From contig JAFWIF010000014.1 of the NCBI GenBank assembly GCA_017514975.1, positions 52,070 to 116,069 on the forward strand: a stretch of DNA of 64,000 nucleotides, read 5' to 3'. The notes under the pieces were generated by a model, which was not told where the DNA came from, searched no databases, and saw nothing but the letters and a program-made list of their open reading frames with translations. The position numbers and the translations under genes are program-made. Shown piece after piece: positions 63,708 through 64,000 of this stretch. Positions within the stretch are counted from its first letter, which is position 1, and every line of letters starts with the position of its first letter. Source of the stretch: Candidatus Saccharimonadota bacterium (GTDB taxonomy: Bacteria > Patescibacteriota > Saccharimonadia > Saccharimonadales > Saccharimonadaceae).

Positions 63708-64000
63708 ATGGCAAAATTTAAAACAGAAGACGAAGTTCGCGACATGGACAAAATAGCTCTCGGATTTAATACCCAGGAGCAACATGTTAAGCAAGGTACT
63801 GGTCAACTTACGACATTCAATCAATTAGGGTTTGTCGGCATTAACGATAAACCTGATGGTTGGTATATTCCTGAGAACAAAAACGCGGTTGCCATTTTGC
63901 TTGAGACGAAAAATAGCAATGAAGATATTGAATCGCAAAAATGCGTAAATGAGATCAAAAAGAACTGCACTGTCCTCATAAATAACGGCTATTCTAAAGT
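63708..64000 (+). CDS. 5-prime part of a PD-(D/E)XK nuclease-fold gene (restriction-enzyme-like N-terminus); it continues beyond the window end and is not in the ORF track
   Basis: My own translation gives MAKFKTEDEVRDMDKIALGFNTQEQHVKQGTGQLTTFNQLGFVGINDKPDGWYIPENKNAVAILLETKNSNEDIE..., with a PD...ExK arrangement (KPDGW...LLETK). The RBS is AAAGGAAA. Confidence 0.4.
   Translation, partial: MAKFKTEDEVRDMDKIALGFNTQEQHVKQGTGQLTTFNQLGFVGINDKPDGWYIPENKNAVAILLETKNSNEDIESQKCVNEIKKNCTVLINNGYSK

Noticed and set aside
1-64000. CRISPR arrays, transposases, integrases, reverse transcriptase/DGR elements
   Set aside because: I saw no regularly spaced short repeats. No ORF has recombinase, transposase or RT motifs. 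A DGR was considered because CPR surface proteins are frequent DGR targets, but there is no RT and no template/variable repeat pair that I can see.
1-64000. Alternative genetic code (UGA recoding, as in Gracilibacteria/SR1)
   Set aside because: Long ORFs are uninterrupted under the standard code. Several well-supported genes end in TGA, including the GT4 gene at 36834, the giant adhesin at 27530 and the small membrane gene at 9027.

Overview
This 64-kb window looks like the chromosome of a small-genome, monoderm-type bacterium rich in sortase-style surface proteins. It uses the standard genetic code, with TGA as a stop. Gene content and style (short housekeeping proteins, membrane-anchored enzymes, very large surface proteins) fit a Candidatus Saccharibacteria (TM7)/CPR-like episymbiont, but that is inference from the proteins and was not searched. 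Layout: 1-12.7 kb holds envelope and housekeeping genes (murJ, which runs off the window start and is missing from the ORF track, a GT32 glycosyltransferase, a flippase-like protein, an unusual MIP channel, tsf, rpsB, a membrane-anchored Clp-like AAA+ ATPase, tRNA-Arg, a peptide-type SBP, secG). 12.8-32.4 kb holds five very large minus-strand surface-protein genes, interrupted by uvrC, typA and tRNA-Val. 32.5-47 kb holds tRNA-Lys, a CDF transporter, a PTA-like gene, a GH57-GNAT fusion, a GT4 glucan synthase-like gene, RNase J, truB, a sixth surface enzyme gene, a CaCA antiporter and tRNA-Arg. 47-64 kb is an accessory region with Firmicutes-like cargo (a beta-helix protein plus a two-component system, GNAT, NUDIX, deaminase), several gene remnants, repeats, AT-rich islets, and at the end a KAP/YobI-type transmembrane P-loop NTPase next to a PD-(D/E)XK gene. 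Main hunt results: (1) Three paralogous surface-protein genes carry a G9 homopolymer at the same place in their signal-peptide coding region. One of them is out of frame, and a single extra G restores a full signal peptide, which is the signature of slipped-strand phase variation. (2) Five large surface-protein genes share a conserved promoter plus leader cassette, and a small membrane-protein gene carries a degenerate copy. Four of the five are paired back-to-back with a near-consensus divergent promoter that drives only a roughly 40-50 nt hairpin-terminated transcript, a candidate small-RNA family. (3) There are two classes of C-terminal sorting signal (NPKT-type and P-P-T-G-type), one two-gene fusion, and several unusual domain architectures. 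No CRISPR array, transposase, integrase or reverse transcriptase was seen.
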